NCBI GenBank assembly: GCA_964456235.1
Contig: CAYWDX010000001.1
Span: 201,210-265,209, forward strand
Direction of reading: 5' to 3'
DNA: 64,000 bases
From: an uncultured Candidatus Saccharibacteria bacterium
GTDB lineage: Bacteria > Patescibacteriota > Minisyncoccia > UBA6257 > 2-01-FULL-56-20
Numbering within the stretch: the first letter of the stretch is position 1; every line of letters starts with the position of its first letter. Positions 37,942 to 46,991 of the stretch are shown in pieces. Under the pieces are notes generated by a model. That model was given only the letters and a program-made list of their open reading frames with translations. It was not told the origin of the DNA and made no database searches. Both the position numbers and the translations under genes were made by a program.

Positions 37942-38619
37942 ATGGCCACGAACCAAGCGGCGGGTAATTCATTGGATCTCGTGAACATTAAGGAGATCCG
38001 CGACAATACCATCATCCTTAAAGACGGTGGGATGAAGCAGATCGTGATGGTGGGCGGCGTGAATTTTGCTTTGAAATCCGAGGAGGAGCAGAACCTCATG
38101 GTGCAGGGATACCAAACGTTTCTGAACGGCATCGATTTCCCGCTCCAAGTCGTGGTGCACTCGCGCAAAGTGAATGTCGATAAATATATCGAGACGCTTC
38201 TCGAGCGCAAACAATCCGAGGAGTCGCCGCTCCTGCGCAACCAGATCGACGAATACGTGGAATTCGTGAAGGGGTTTGTCGAAAAAAATGCGATCATGGA
38301 AAAAAGTTTTCTCGTGGTCGTGCCATTTTACCCGACGATGGGTTTGCCGAGCGGATCATCGCTTACAAGATTCCTTCCGTTCGGGAAAAAATCGAAACCG
38401 GATGATGCCGCGAAGAAGAGCGCTGAAGAAAACGAGCGCGCGTTCAAAGAAAATTTGGCCCAGCTTGGCCAGCGCGTGACGCAGGTCGTGAACGGGCTTC
38501 TCGTCGTCGGCCTCGAGGCGACCGCGCTCGAAAACGATGCGCTCGTCGAGCTCCTCTATAACTTTTACAATCCCCAGACGGTCGAGCGAAAAGAAATTGC
38601 CGTGCCCAACGAACATTGA
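37942..38619 (+). CDS. virB4: VirB4/TraC-family ATPase, N-terminal domain (split gene or frameshift)
   Basis: 225 aa. Stop TGA at 38617..38619 overlaps the TTG/ATG start of the ATPase part in the -1 frame. Confidence 0.55.
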   Translation: MATNQAAGNSLDLVNIKEIRDNTIILKDGGMKQIVMVGGVNFALKSEEEQNLMVQGYQTFLNGIDFPLQVVVHSRKVNVDKYIETLLERKQSEESPLLRNQIDEYVEFVKGFVEKNAIMEKSFLVVVPFYPTMGLPSGSSLTRFLPFGKKSKPDDAAKKSAEENERAFKENLAQLGQRVTQVVNGLLVVGLEATALENDALVELLYNFYNPQTVERKEIAVPNEH

Positions 38620-40373
38620 TCTCGCGGAACATGCCTCCCGAACAAAAACCTGACAACTTCGACAAGATCAAGCAGATCATCGCACCGGCGGGGGCGCAGG
38701 TTTTCCCGAGCTATTTAAAAATTGGCGACAAACTCGCGAAAACGTTTTTCGTGTTTTCGTATCCGCGCTATCTCGCGACCGGATGGTTCGAGCCGCTCAT
38801 TAATCTGCCGAATTTGTTTGATGTTTCCATTTTCGTAAACCCGATCGACACGGGCACCGCGCTTAAAAATCTCCGCAAAAAAGCGGGCCAGCTCGAGTCG
38901 CAAATCATGGACGACCAGGAGAAGGGTTTGGTCCGCGACCCGATGCTTGAAACGGCGGTCAAGGATGTCGAAAATTTGCGCGACTCACTTCAGCAGTCGG
39001 AGGAGAAACTTTTTGACACCGGCGTTTACATCACGATTTACGCCGACAACGAAGAAGACCTCGCGCGCCTCGAGAGCAAACTCGTCACCATGATGGAGGC
39101 GAAGCTCATCTATTTGAAACCTGCGCTCTTTGAACAGTTGGAAGGGCTTTCGTCCATTTTGCCGCTCGGCGAGGACAAGCTACAGGTCTACACGCCGATG
39201 AACACCTCGCCGATCTCGTCATTCTTCCCGTTCGTTTCTGAAGATCTTTCCTCGAACCAGGGGATTATGTATGGCATCAACCTCCACAACAATAATTTGG
39301 TAATTTTCGATCGCTTCTCCCTCGAGAATGCAAACCAGGTAGTGTTCGCAAAGTCCGGCGCCGGGAAATCGTACACCACGAAACTGGAGATCATCCGCTC
39401 GCTCATGATGGGCGTCGACATGGTGCTCGTGATCGATCCGGAAAATGAATATGAGCGTCTTGCAAAAACATTCGGCGGGAGTATGTTCAATATTTCCCTT
39501 TCGTCGCACGAGCACATTAATCCGTTCGACCTCCCGCTCATCCCGGAAGGCGAAACGCCGTCCGATGTTTTGCGCTCGCATATCGTGACGATCACGTCGC
39601 TCATTAAATTGATGCTCGGCAAGGTGACGCCGGAGGAAGACGCGATCCTCGATCGCGCGATTACCGAAACCTACGCCTCGCGTGACATCGTGGTTGACGG
39701 CGACTTCGCCGGGAAAGAGCCGCCACTCTTGAGCGACCTTGAAACCGTGCTCCGCAATTTGGAGGGAGGCCGCGAGATGGCGGAAAAGCTTTACAAATAC
39801 ACCTCTGGCAGCTTCTCGGGCTTTTTGAACCAGTCCACGAATATCGACATCAACAATCGGCTGATCGTGTTTTCGATCCGCGATCTTGAAGAAGAACTGC
39901 GTCCGATCGGCATGTTTGTAGTACTGAACTTTATCTGGTCACTCATCCGCGCGAAACTCGCGAAGCGCCTGCTCTTCATTGATGAGGCGTGGATCATGAT
40001 GAAAAACGATGACAGCGCCACATTCTTGTTCGGCCTTGTGAAGCGCGCCCGCAAATATTTTTTGGGCGTTTCGACGATCACCCAAGACGTCGAAGATTTC
40101 TTACGGTCGCCCTACGGCCGCCCGATCATTACAAACTCCTCATTGCAGCTGTTGCTCAAGCAGGCGCCGGCGACGATCGATATCGTTGCAAAAGCGTTCG
40201 AGCTCACCGAGGCGGAAAAAAATTTTCTTTTGAGCGCCGAGGTGGGCACGGGAATTTTCTTTGCCGGCAAACGCCACGTCGCGATCCAAATTGTTCCGTC
40301 CTATTTCGAAGATCAGGTAATCACGACGAACCCCGAACAACTCCTTGCTGAAAAAGAGGGCCGGCTTAAATAA
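38616..40373 (+). CDS. virB4: VirB4/TraC/TrsE-family ATPase, C-terminal ATPase domain
   Basis: Walker A FAKSGAGKSYTT and Walker B LLFIDEAW. TTG at 38616 or ATG at 38631. Confidence 0.8.
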   Translation: MISRNMPPEQKPDNFDKIKQIIAPAGAQVFPSYLKIGDKLAKTFFVFSYPRYLATGWFEPLINLPNLFDVSIFVNPIDTGTALKNLRKKAGQLESQIMDDQEKGLVRDPMLETAVKDVENLRDSLQQSEEKLFDTGVYITIYADNEEDLARLESKLVTMMEAKLIYLKPALFEQLEGLSSILPLGEDKLQVYTPMNTSPISSFFPFVSEDLSSNQGIMYGINLHNNNLVIFDRFSLENANQVVFAKSGAGKSYTTKLEIIRSLMMGVDMVLVIDPENEYERLAKTFGGSMFNISLSSHEHINPFDLPLIPEGETPSDVLRSHIVTITSLIKLMLGKVTPEEDAILDRAITETYASRDIVVDGDFAGKEPPLLSDLETVLRNLEGGREMAEKLYKYTSGSFSGFLNQSTNIDINNRLIVFSIRDLEEELRPIGMFVVLNFIWSLIRAKLAKRLLFIDEAWIMMKNDDSATFLFGLVKRARKYFLGVSTITQDVEDFLRSPYGRPIITNSSLQLLLKQAPATIDIVAKAFELTEAEKNFLLSAEVGTGIFFAGKRHVAIQIVPSYFEDQVITTNPEQLLAEKEGRLK

Positions 40374-40378
40374 CCCGC

Positions 40379-41086
40379 ATGAACGAGGAGCTCGAAGCGG
40401 CTGAAATTGAGGGTGCGGTCGCGCCCGAGCCGAAAATTTCTCTGGTTGTCGGCGTACTCGGGGTAATCATCGCCATCGTCCTCGATGTTATCGGCCTCAT
40501 ACCATTTGTCGACGACGTTGAAGAGCTACCCGCGGGGATGGTTTTAATATTGAGCAGTATTTTCGGCTTGAGCAATGTCGTCTTGATGGTGCAAGCGGTA
40601 GCCATGGTTTTGAAAGCGATTCCGATCATCCAAGAGGTCCCATTTTGGACCATCGCGTGGTGTGTCACCTGGTATATCGAAGCTCATCCTTCCAAGCTCA
40701 CGGCGATTGCAGAGCGGGCTGCGTCGGTTGCCGGTGCGGTGGAGGGGAACGTGGGAGGGCTTGAAGAAGCAGGGGCGGCTGGCGCGGCCGAGGCGGCAGG
40801 TGCGGCAAAGACTGCTGCTGGGGCTGCGGCGGGGACCGCCGCCGAAGCCGCGGTTACTGCAGAAAGTGGGGCAGCAGAGGCCGGTGAACAATCTGCAGAA
40901 CGAGCTCGCCAAGCCAAGCCCCGTGAAGAAATTGAGCATGAAATGCGGAGTGGCGAGGAAATCCCGCCCGATGAGCGGCTTAAAGAAGAATTATTCAACC
41001 CGAGCGACGTTAATTTCCGCCAGGCACGCGACATTGAGGCGGGTCCAGAAGATGAAGACGAACCCGACGAGGAAAAGGCCGCGTAA
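40379..41086 (+). CDS. Hypothetical membrane protein with Ala-rich repeat and acidic C-terminus
   Basis: Three predicted TM helices, then (A/G/E/T)-rich low complexity and a DEDEPDEE tail. Confidence 0.5.
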   Translation: MNEELEAAEIEGAVAPEPKISLVVGVLGVIIAIVLDVIGLIPFVDDVEELPAGMVLILSSIFGLSNVVLMVQAVAMVLKAIPIIQEVPFWTIAWCVTWYIEAHPSKLTAIAERAASVAGAVEGNVGGLEEAGAAGAAEAAGAAKTAAGAAAGTAAEAAVTAESGAAEAGEQSAERARQAKPREEIEHEMRSGEEIPPDERLKEELFNPSDVNFRQARDIEAGPEDEDEPDEEKAA

Positions 41087-41104
41087 AGTTGTATAATAAA
41101 GGTA

Positions 41105-41812
41105 ATGAAGGCGCGTGTTCTCGGCACTTTTGCGCTGGCTGCCGTGTTTTTTATAAGCGGCGCGTTTGCGATGCCGGCGAGCGTCGAAGCGGTTGCCGGT
41201 CCGCAGGTTTATATTACTTGGCGCACCCTCGACGGCGTGGCGCCGGCGGGATACGCGGGGAAAATCCTTCCAAAAATTGGCTCGCAGGTGGCCGCATCAG
41301 TTGAAGTGCTCACCGCGAGTGGCCGCGTTGCCGATTTGCACAACCAAACTATTTATTGGTATTTGGATAACAGTTTTTTGGATGGCGGAACGGGAAAACA
41401 AACCATAACGTTCGGCGCGCCGGGTCATAACGAAATCATGTCGCTTCGCGCGGACATCCCGGGTTACCCGGGCGGGGAGTTAATCATGACGGCGCACATT
41501 CGCATGGTAAATCCAGAAGTCGTGATCGTCGCTCCCTACGCAAGCGGAATTTTTTCAGGAGATTCGGTTGCCGTGAAAGGCGTGCCGTATTTCTTTTCGA
41601 CCTCTCAATTGAATAGTCTTGTCTACGCGTGGTCGGTGAACGGCCAAACGGTGGCCGCGCAGGAAAATCCGCTCGACCTCGTCGTTAATTTGACCAATGG
41701 GACCGTGGCTGGATATTCTCTCGGAATCAATTTCTCGGCGCGGGTGAGCGGCGACCCGCTAACCAGCGCCTCGCAGAACATCACCCTCGCGAAAGCCGGC
41801 GCATCACAATGA
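41105..41812 (+). CDS. Hypothetical secreted protein
   Basis: Signal peptide MKARVLGTFALAAVFFISGAFA. Confidence 0.5.
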   Translation: MKARVLGTFALAAVFFISGAFAMPASVEAVAGPQVYITWRTLDGVAPAGYAGKILPKIGSQVAASVEVLTASGRVADLHNQTIYWYLDNSFLDGGTGKQTITFGAPGHNEIMSLRADIPGYPGGELIMTAHIRMVNPEVVIVAPYASGIFSGDSVAVKGVPYFFSTSQLNSLVYAWSVNGQTVAAQENPLDLVVNLTNGTVAGYSLGINFSARVSGDPLTSASQNITLAKAGASQ

Positions 41813-42363
41813 TTTTTTTATCAAAGGCGCTCGCGGCCGGCGTTAACATCAACCCCGACATCCCCGGCCTCACCCCCTCGACCAGCATCTCGGGCCTCAT
41901 CCAGAACTTCTACAGCTTTGCCCTCTTGATAGCCGGGGTCCTTGCCGTTGGCGCCATTGTGTATGGGGGGATGCGCTATGCCGTAGGGCATGGAAATCCC
42001 TCGTCTGAGAGTGAAGGAAAGAGCTGGATCGTCGGGGCCCTCTTGGGCCTCCTCCTCCTTGCCTCTGCCTATGTGATCCTCCATACCATCAACCCCGAGA
42101 TCACGAAGCTCTCGATCCCTGGTCTCCCCCCGCTTGACGCTGCCCCTACGGGGGAGGGGTTGGGGGGAGGGGCCCCGAGTAATATTTACACTTCTTCGCA
42201 CTCAAGCGATCCCGCGTGCCAGCAGCGTCAGGCAGGAACGTGCGTTTGGCTCCCGAATCGAGCGATGTCTTCCACATGCAGCGGCTATCAAAGTGTTTGG
42301 CCGGATGACCACTGTAACGATCCGCCCCCGCACCAGCAATGCGAGATATTTCATCAATGTTAA
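41809..42363 (+). CDS. VirB2/TrbC-like pilin candidate with Cys-rich C-terminal extension
   Basis: Leader plus two hydrophobic helices (GLIQNFYSFALLIAGVLAVGAIVYGG ... WIVGALLGLLLLASAYVILHTINP) in VirB2-type topology, then a 70-aa tail with 6 Cys. ATGA overlap with the upstream gene. Confidence 0.5.
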   Translation: MIFLSKALAAGVNINPDIPGLTPSTSISGLIQNFYSFALLIAGVLAVGAIVYGGMRYAVGHGNPSSESEGKSWIVGALLGLLLLASAYVILHTINPEITKLSIPGLPPLDAAPTGEGLGGGAPSNIYTSSHSSDPACQQRQAGTCVWLPNRAMSSTCSGYQSVWPDDHCNDPPPHQQCEIFHQC

Positions 42364-42372
42364 AATAAATCC

Positions 42373-43632
42373 ATGAGGCGCCTCTATATTATTCTCGCGA
42401 TCTTTGTGGTGATTATTCTTGGTGCGGTCAGTTATTTAGTTTTCTTCCGCGGATCAACTCAGCCAGGAACGGGGACGGCTCCAACCGGAAGCACTGGTTC
42501 GTTGCCTTCGGCTGGTGGCGCGGGCGGGGGCGCTGGCACGGGCGGGAACGGCGGGGCTGGTTCGCAAACGGGCAGTGGCGCGGGGGCGGGCAATCTTCCT
42601 GCGGCGGGCGGCGTGCAAGGGAGCACGAGCTTTGGCGTTGTGAGCGACCAGCCTGCGATTGATTATTTTGTTGATGTAAAAAATAACGTGACGATTATTG
42701 CGCCCAATGGCGAGATCAAATCGGTGGCTGGCGGGACAACGAAATCTCTGAACGCCGCAGGCGCGGAGAATATTTTGGCTTCCGGTTTCGCCTACAACGG
42801 AACGAAATTATTAGTAAATTTTGGCGACCGAACCAACCCGCAAACGAGCGTTTTTGACGTCTCCTCGACCGCCTGGACGCCGCTCGGCCTCGGCATCATC
42901 TCGCCGGTTTGGTCGCCAAGCGACATGCGGATCGCGTATCTCAAAAATAATTCTGATGGATCGGCAACGCTCTCCACGCTTGACCTTTCAAAAGCAACCA
43001 ACAAACCAGTCGCGCTGGTTACGGTGCATGCAGAAGACGTCACGCTCGCCTGGCCAAATAAAAATCAGATTATGTTGAGCGACAAGGGAAGCGCGTATGA
43101 AGAAGGTTCACCCCTCGTCTATGATCTCGTGCAAAAAACCCTGCTGCGTCCGATGGCGGCCGTTCACGGCTTTGCCGCAATTTGGAGCAATACGACGAAT
43201 ACTGCCGCGCTCACATTTTCGAGCGGGGCTGCGGCGCGTGGCGGCGACTTATCTCTCTGGACGAATAATCTTTCCTCATCCGAAAGCCTGACCATCCTCA
43301 CGCTCCCATCCAAGTGTGTATTTAATAGTGTGGTTGGGGTTGCTTCGGCCGGGACTTCGACGCCGGCTGCCGCGCCGTATCTTGCCCTGTATTGCGCAAT
43401 CCCACAAAACGCTTCTGCGCTCTCAAGCGCCGTATTGCCGGATGACTATAATCAGCAGGCGCTTTTCACCGTTGATTCGCTTTATAAAATCCGGACCGAC
43501 AACGGCGACGTTCAGACGCTGCTCACCCCCGCGCAGGCAGTTGATGCCACCAACCTCAAGGTTTTTGGGAAAACCCTCTTCTTTATTAACCGGTACGACA
43601 ATAAGGTCTACGCGCTCTCGCTCGGCGCCTAA
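42373..43632 (+). CDS. Hypothetical secreted protein (Gly-rich linker + probable beta-rich domain)
   Basis: N-terminal TM/signal, GAGGGAGTGGNGGAGSQTGSGAGAG linker, 300-aa C-terminal domain. Confidence 0.5.
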   Translation: MRRLYIILAIFVVIILGAVSYLVFFRGSTQPGTGTAPTGSTGSLPSAGGAGGGAGTGGNGGAGSQTGSGAGAGNLPAAGGVQGSTSFGVVSDQPAIDYFVDVKNNVTIIAPNGEIKSVAGGTTKSLNAAGAENILASGFAYNGTKLLVNFGDRTNPQTSVFDVSSTAWTPLGLGIISPVWSPSDMRIAYLKNNSDGSATLSTLDLSKATNKPVALVTVHAEDVTLAWPNKNQIMLSDKGSAYEEGSPLVYDLVQKTLLRPMAAVHGFAAIWSNTTNTAALTFSSGAAARGGDLSLWTNNLSSSESLTILTLPSKCVFNSVVGVASAGTSTPAAAPYLALYCAIPQNASALSSAVLPDDYNQQALFTVDSLYKIRTDNGDVQTLLTPAQAVDATNLKVFGKTLFFINRYDNKVYALSLGA

Positions 43633-43642
43633 CGTTTACATC

Positions 43643-44113
43643 CTAGTCTTGGTTTACGTGGGCCGCAGGCGCGGGTCCTTCTCCAATCGGCTTGATCACT
43701 ACATAGCGCTCCTTGCCATCGCCCAAACTTTCGGTGGTCACTTCGGGGTGCACGGCGAGCGCGACGTGCACGATGCGGCGCTCGTATGAATTCATCGCGG
43801 GGAGGGGCACGGCGCCTTTGGTCGCGATCGCTTTTTTCGCGGCAGCGCGCGCGAGTTCCGCAATCAAATTTTTCCGTTCCTCGCGATAATTATTGATGTC
43901 GAAGAAAATGGCTTCGGTGCTATTTTTTTTTGCAATCATTTGCGCGAGGTGGTTGAGCGATTCAACAAACGCCGGGAGCGCTTCTTTGATAAAATTTCCG
44001 CCATCATAAATAAAAATGGCGGCGTGTTTTTCCTCGGGCTTCACTTCGATGCGGTAGTCGCGGAATCCCATGAGCGGGATGAGCTTGTTCGCGAGCGCCT
44101 CCCAATTATCCAT
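43643..44113 (-). CDS. jag: Jag/KhpB (R3H + KH domain) RNA-binding protein
   Basis: C-terminal R3H-like ERRIVHVAL motif. Conserved position downstream of yidC. Confidence 0.7.
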   Translation of the reverse strand: MDNWEALANKLIPLMGFRDYRIEVKPEEKHAAIFIYDGGNFIKEALPAFVESLNHLAQMIAKKNSTEAIFFDINNYREERKNLIAELARAAAKKAIATKGAVPLPAMNSYERRIVHVALAVHPEVTTESLGDGKERYVVIKPIGEGPAPAAHVNQD

Positions 44114-44219
44114 GCCACCTACTATTTCATATTTCCTCGCTCAAGGCAAGTAAATGGCAAACAAAAAGTGTCGAGCGGGCATTAAAGAGAGCCCATGACC
44201 GCGAGACACTTTTTGTTTG

Positions 44220-44939
44220 TTAGATCGCCGCTGTTTCGCCGCGCTTGAAGTGGCGGTTGATGATAATTTGTTGGAAGACCGAAAAGAGCGATGTGACAAA
44301 CCAGTAGAGCCCCACCGCGGCGGGCAAACTGTAAAAAATAACGACGGTGACGACCGGGCCGACGAACGCCATCTGCCGGGCCATCATTTCGGCGGACGAC
44401 GGCTTCGCGTTGCGGTCGGGATTCTTGTAGAGCGCGAGGCGAGCCTGAAAATACTGGGCGATTGCCGCGAGGCCAATAAGGATAAGGTTCGGCTTTGTGA
44501 GGTCGATGAAGCTTAAAAACAGAGTATTTATGGGACCGGGGGGAGCAATGAATGAGTAGAGGCCGGCGAGATTCCCCGGCGCGAGGCCGGACCGGACCAC
44601 CCAATAGAGGGCAAGCATGATGGGAATTTGGATGAGGAGCAGGAGAATGCTCGAGAACGGATTCACGCCATGTTCTTTATAAAGATCCATCATCGCCTGT
44701 CCCTGTTTTTCCCGATCGTGCTTGTGCTGTTCTTGAATTTTTTTGATATGCGGCTGGATGCGCTGCATGATCATCTGCTGCTTCGCGCCTTTGTGAAAAA
44801 ACGGATAGAGCACGAGGCGCATGATGATCGTCACTAAAATAATTGCGATCCCGAAATCGCGCGCGGCAACCGTCTCGTACCAATAGACGAGCAAGTTCAG
44901 AATCGGCTGGTAAAAAATTAAATTAAAAAAATATCCCAT
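44220..44939 (-). CDS. yidC: Membrane protein insertase YidC (short form)
   Basis: Five TM helices with conserved YidC/Oxa1 core. Follows rnpA as in the canonical rpmH-rnpA-yidC-jag locus. Confidence 0.85.
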   Translation of the reverse strand: MGYFFNLIFYQPILNLLVYWYETVAARDFGIAIILVTIIMRLVLYPFFHKGAKQQMIMQRIQPHIKKIQEQHKHDREKQGQAMMDLYKEHGVNPFSSILLLLIQIPIMLALYWVVRSGLAPGNLAGLYSFIAPPGPINTLFLSFIDLTKPNLILIGLAAIAQYFQARLALYKNPDRNAKPSSAEMMARQMAFVGPVVTVVIFYSLPAAVGLYWFVTSLFSVFQQIIINRHFKRGETAAI

Positions 44940-44945
44940 GCTTTT

Positions 44946-45263
44946 TTATTTTACTTGATGCAGCGCCGCAAGCAATTTTTCGCGAAATTGTTTTTTGGTG
45001 AGGGCGTTCGCCTTCGGCGCGATGATCATGAGCAGGTCGCCGTAATTTTTTTTCGAAGTCCGGAGCGCCTCCCCGGCAAGCCGCCGAAAAAAATTTCTTT
45101 TAACGGCGCTTTTGTGGACCGCGGTGCCCACGATGATGCCGATGCGGTTCCTCCCGAGCTCATTCCCGCGCACCTTCAAAGAAAAAAATGGGTTGGCCAC
45201 GGACTGGTCCGGCCGCAGCCGAAAATTTCGTGCGGGCAGCCGCATGCGTGAGGGGATCGCCAC
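44946..45263 (-). CDS. rnpA: Ribonuclease P protein component
   Basis: RNR-type basic motif region (KSAVKRNFFRRLAGEALR) and expected size. Confidence 0.75.
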   Translation of the reverse strand: MAIPSRMRLPARNFRLRPDQSVANPFFSLKVRGNELGRNRIGIIVGTAVHKSAVKRNFFRRLAGEALRTSKKNYGDLLMIIAPKANALTKKQFREKLLAALHQVK

Positions 45264-45266
45264 GTT

Positions 45267-45401
45267 TTAGACGCTCAACGTGCGGCGGCCTTTCGCGCGG
45301 CGCCGCGAAAGCACGCGACGGCCGCCGGGACTCCGCTGCCGCTTCAAAAAGCCGTGCGTCCGCTTACGCTTTTTCTTTTTGGGGTTATACGTGAACGACA
45401 T
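45267..45401 (-). CDS. rpmH: 50S ribosomal protein L34
   Basis: [44 protein letters not shown] matches the L34 consensus. Start chosen at the internal ATG. Confidence 0.8.
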   Translation of the reverse strand: MSFTYNPKKKKRKRTHGFLKRQRSPGGRRVLSRRRAKGRRTLSV

Positions 45402-45518
45402 TGATCGGATAGTACCACAACAATAAAATTTGCGCCAGGGATTTTTGTCATGGTAGAAATGGTTATACACACGTCGTCCACAGAAGGAAACGATTTGACT
45501 CTTTCATCGGGCGAGCGT

Positions 45519-46901
45519 ATGAGTAATAATGAATCAATAAAAAATATGGATCTCGACCAACTTTGGCAATCGACCCTAGGAGAGATGGAGATCCACCTCA
45601 CGAAGGCAAACTTTTCAATGTGGCTGAAGGGAAGCCGCCCCGTGAACCGCGATGAGGGTACTTTGTTCATCGCTCTCCCCAGCGTTTTTGCAAAAAACTG
45701 GGTGGAAAATAAATACCAGAAGAATATTTTGGGAGTTTTGCGGAATTTGGACAGTTCGGTGAAGAAGGTTGAGTATGTCATCAACCCGAAGGAGCGTCCG
45801 GCAGAAAAAGTTGCCGTCGACGTGAAAGAGCTGAACAAAGCAGAGGCTGCGGCAGAGCTGGAATTCAATCAAACGAATCCCGAAACAAATCTCAACCCGC
45901 GCTATACCTTTTCAACGTTTGTCGTCGGACCGTCGAATGAGCTCGCGTATGCCGCCGCAAAAGCGATCACGGAAAAAATCGGGAAATACAATCCATTCTA
46001 TGTGTACGGCGGCGTCGGGTTGGGGAAGACTCATTTGATCCAGGCGATCGGGAATGAAATTTATGAAAAATATGGCAAGAAAATCCGGCCAAAATATGTT
46101 CCCTCCGAACAATTCACGCGCGAGGTGGTGTGGGGTCTCCGCAATGACCGCATCGAGAGCGTAAAAAAGAAATATCGCGACGCCGACGTCCTTATTGTCG
46201 ACGACATCCAGTTTATTGGCGGCAAAGAGAAAACCGAAGAGGAATTTTTCCATACTTTTAACGCCCTCTACGAGGGGAACAAGCAGATCATCATCTCCTC
46301 TGACCGCCCACCCCAGTCCATCCCGACATTAGAAGCCCGCCTCCGGTCGCGATTTGAGGGCGGTTTTGTTGCAGATGTGGGCTATCCGGAGTACGAAATG
46401 CGCGTGGCGATTGTCCGCAGCAAGCTGATGGAATCCCAGCGCGAGCTCTCGGAAGATGTTGTTGATTTGATCGCCCGGCGCCTCCGGAAGAATATTCGTG
46501 AGCTTGAGGGGGTCCTTAAGAAGCTCCTCTTTCTCCAGGAGCAGCGGAAAGTCCAGATCACGGCAGACGCGGCGGAGGAGATTATTGAAAAGCTTACCCA
46601 GAACGGCGCGCGGCGCGTGAGCGATTCGCAGATTTTGAAGGCGGTCGCCGACTATTTCAACGTCTCACTCGAAGACCTCGTGAGCCATAACCGCCGCAAA
46701 GAAGTGGTTGAGCCGCGGCAGATCGCCATGTACTTACTTCGGGAAATCTCCGAGCTTTCATACCCATATATTGGGGAAAAAATGGGGAGGGACCACACCA
46801 CCGCGATCCACTCCTATGAAAAAATTAACCAGGAGATTAACAGGAATTCAACACTAAACCAAAAGATATTAACAATTAAGGATTTGATTTATAAAAGCTA
46901 G
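45519..46901 (+). CDS. dnaA: Chromosomal replication initiator protein DnaA
   Basis: AAA+ Walker A GGVGLGKTHL and C-terminal DNA-binding domain (RQIAMYLLRE...HTT). Start uncertain; alternatives are GTG 45450 and ATG 45546. Confidence 0.9.
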   Translation: MSNNESIKNMDLDQLWQSTLGEMEIHLTKANFSMWLKGSRPVNRDEGTLFIALPSVFAKNWVENKYQKNILGVLRNLDSSVKKVEYVINPKERPAEKVAVDVKELNKAEAAAELEFNQTNPETNLNPRYTFSTFVVGPSNELAYAAAKAITEKIGKYNPFYVYGGVGLGKTHLIQAIGNEIYEKYGKKIRPKYVPSEQFTREVVWGLRNDRIESVKKKYRDADVLIVDDIQFIGGKEKTEEEFFHTFNALYEGNKQIIISSDRPPQSIPTLEARLRSRFEGGFVADVGYPEYEMRVAIVRSKLMESQRELSEDVVDLIARRLRKNIRELEGVLKKLLFLQEQRKVQITADAAEEIIEKLTQNGARRVSDSQILKAVADYFNVSLEDLVSHNRRKEVVEPRQIAMYLLREISELSYPYIGEKMGRDHTTAIHSYEKINQEINRNSTLNQKILTIKDLIYKS

Positions 46902-46991
46902 ACGAAGAATTCTTCGTCTTATCCACAAAAATCCAAACCCCACTAGTAATAACAAATCTTAATAATTAATTAATATTATTAATTCCATTTT
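46901..46991. promoter_or_regulatory. oriC candidate: 18-bp palindrome, perfect DnaA box TTATCCACA (46919..46927) and AT-rich unwinding element
   Basis: GACGAAGAATTCTTCGTC is a perfect palindrome right after the dnaA stop. It is followed by TTATCCACA and then a run that is almost all A/T (aataattaattaatattattaattccatttt) up to the dnaN start. Confidence 0.6.

Noticed and set aside
40544-41127. Minus-strand ORFs opposite the Ala-rich membrane protein gene
   Set aside because: GCN-repeat antisense artefacts.
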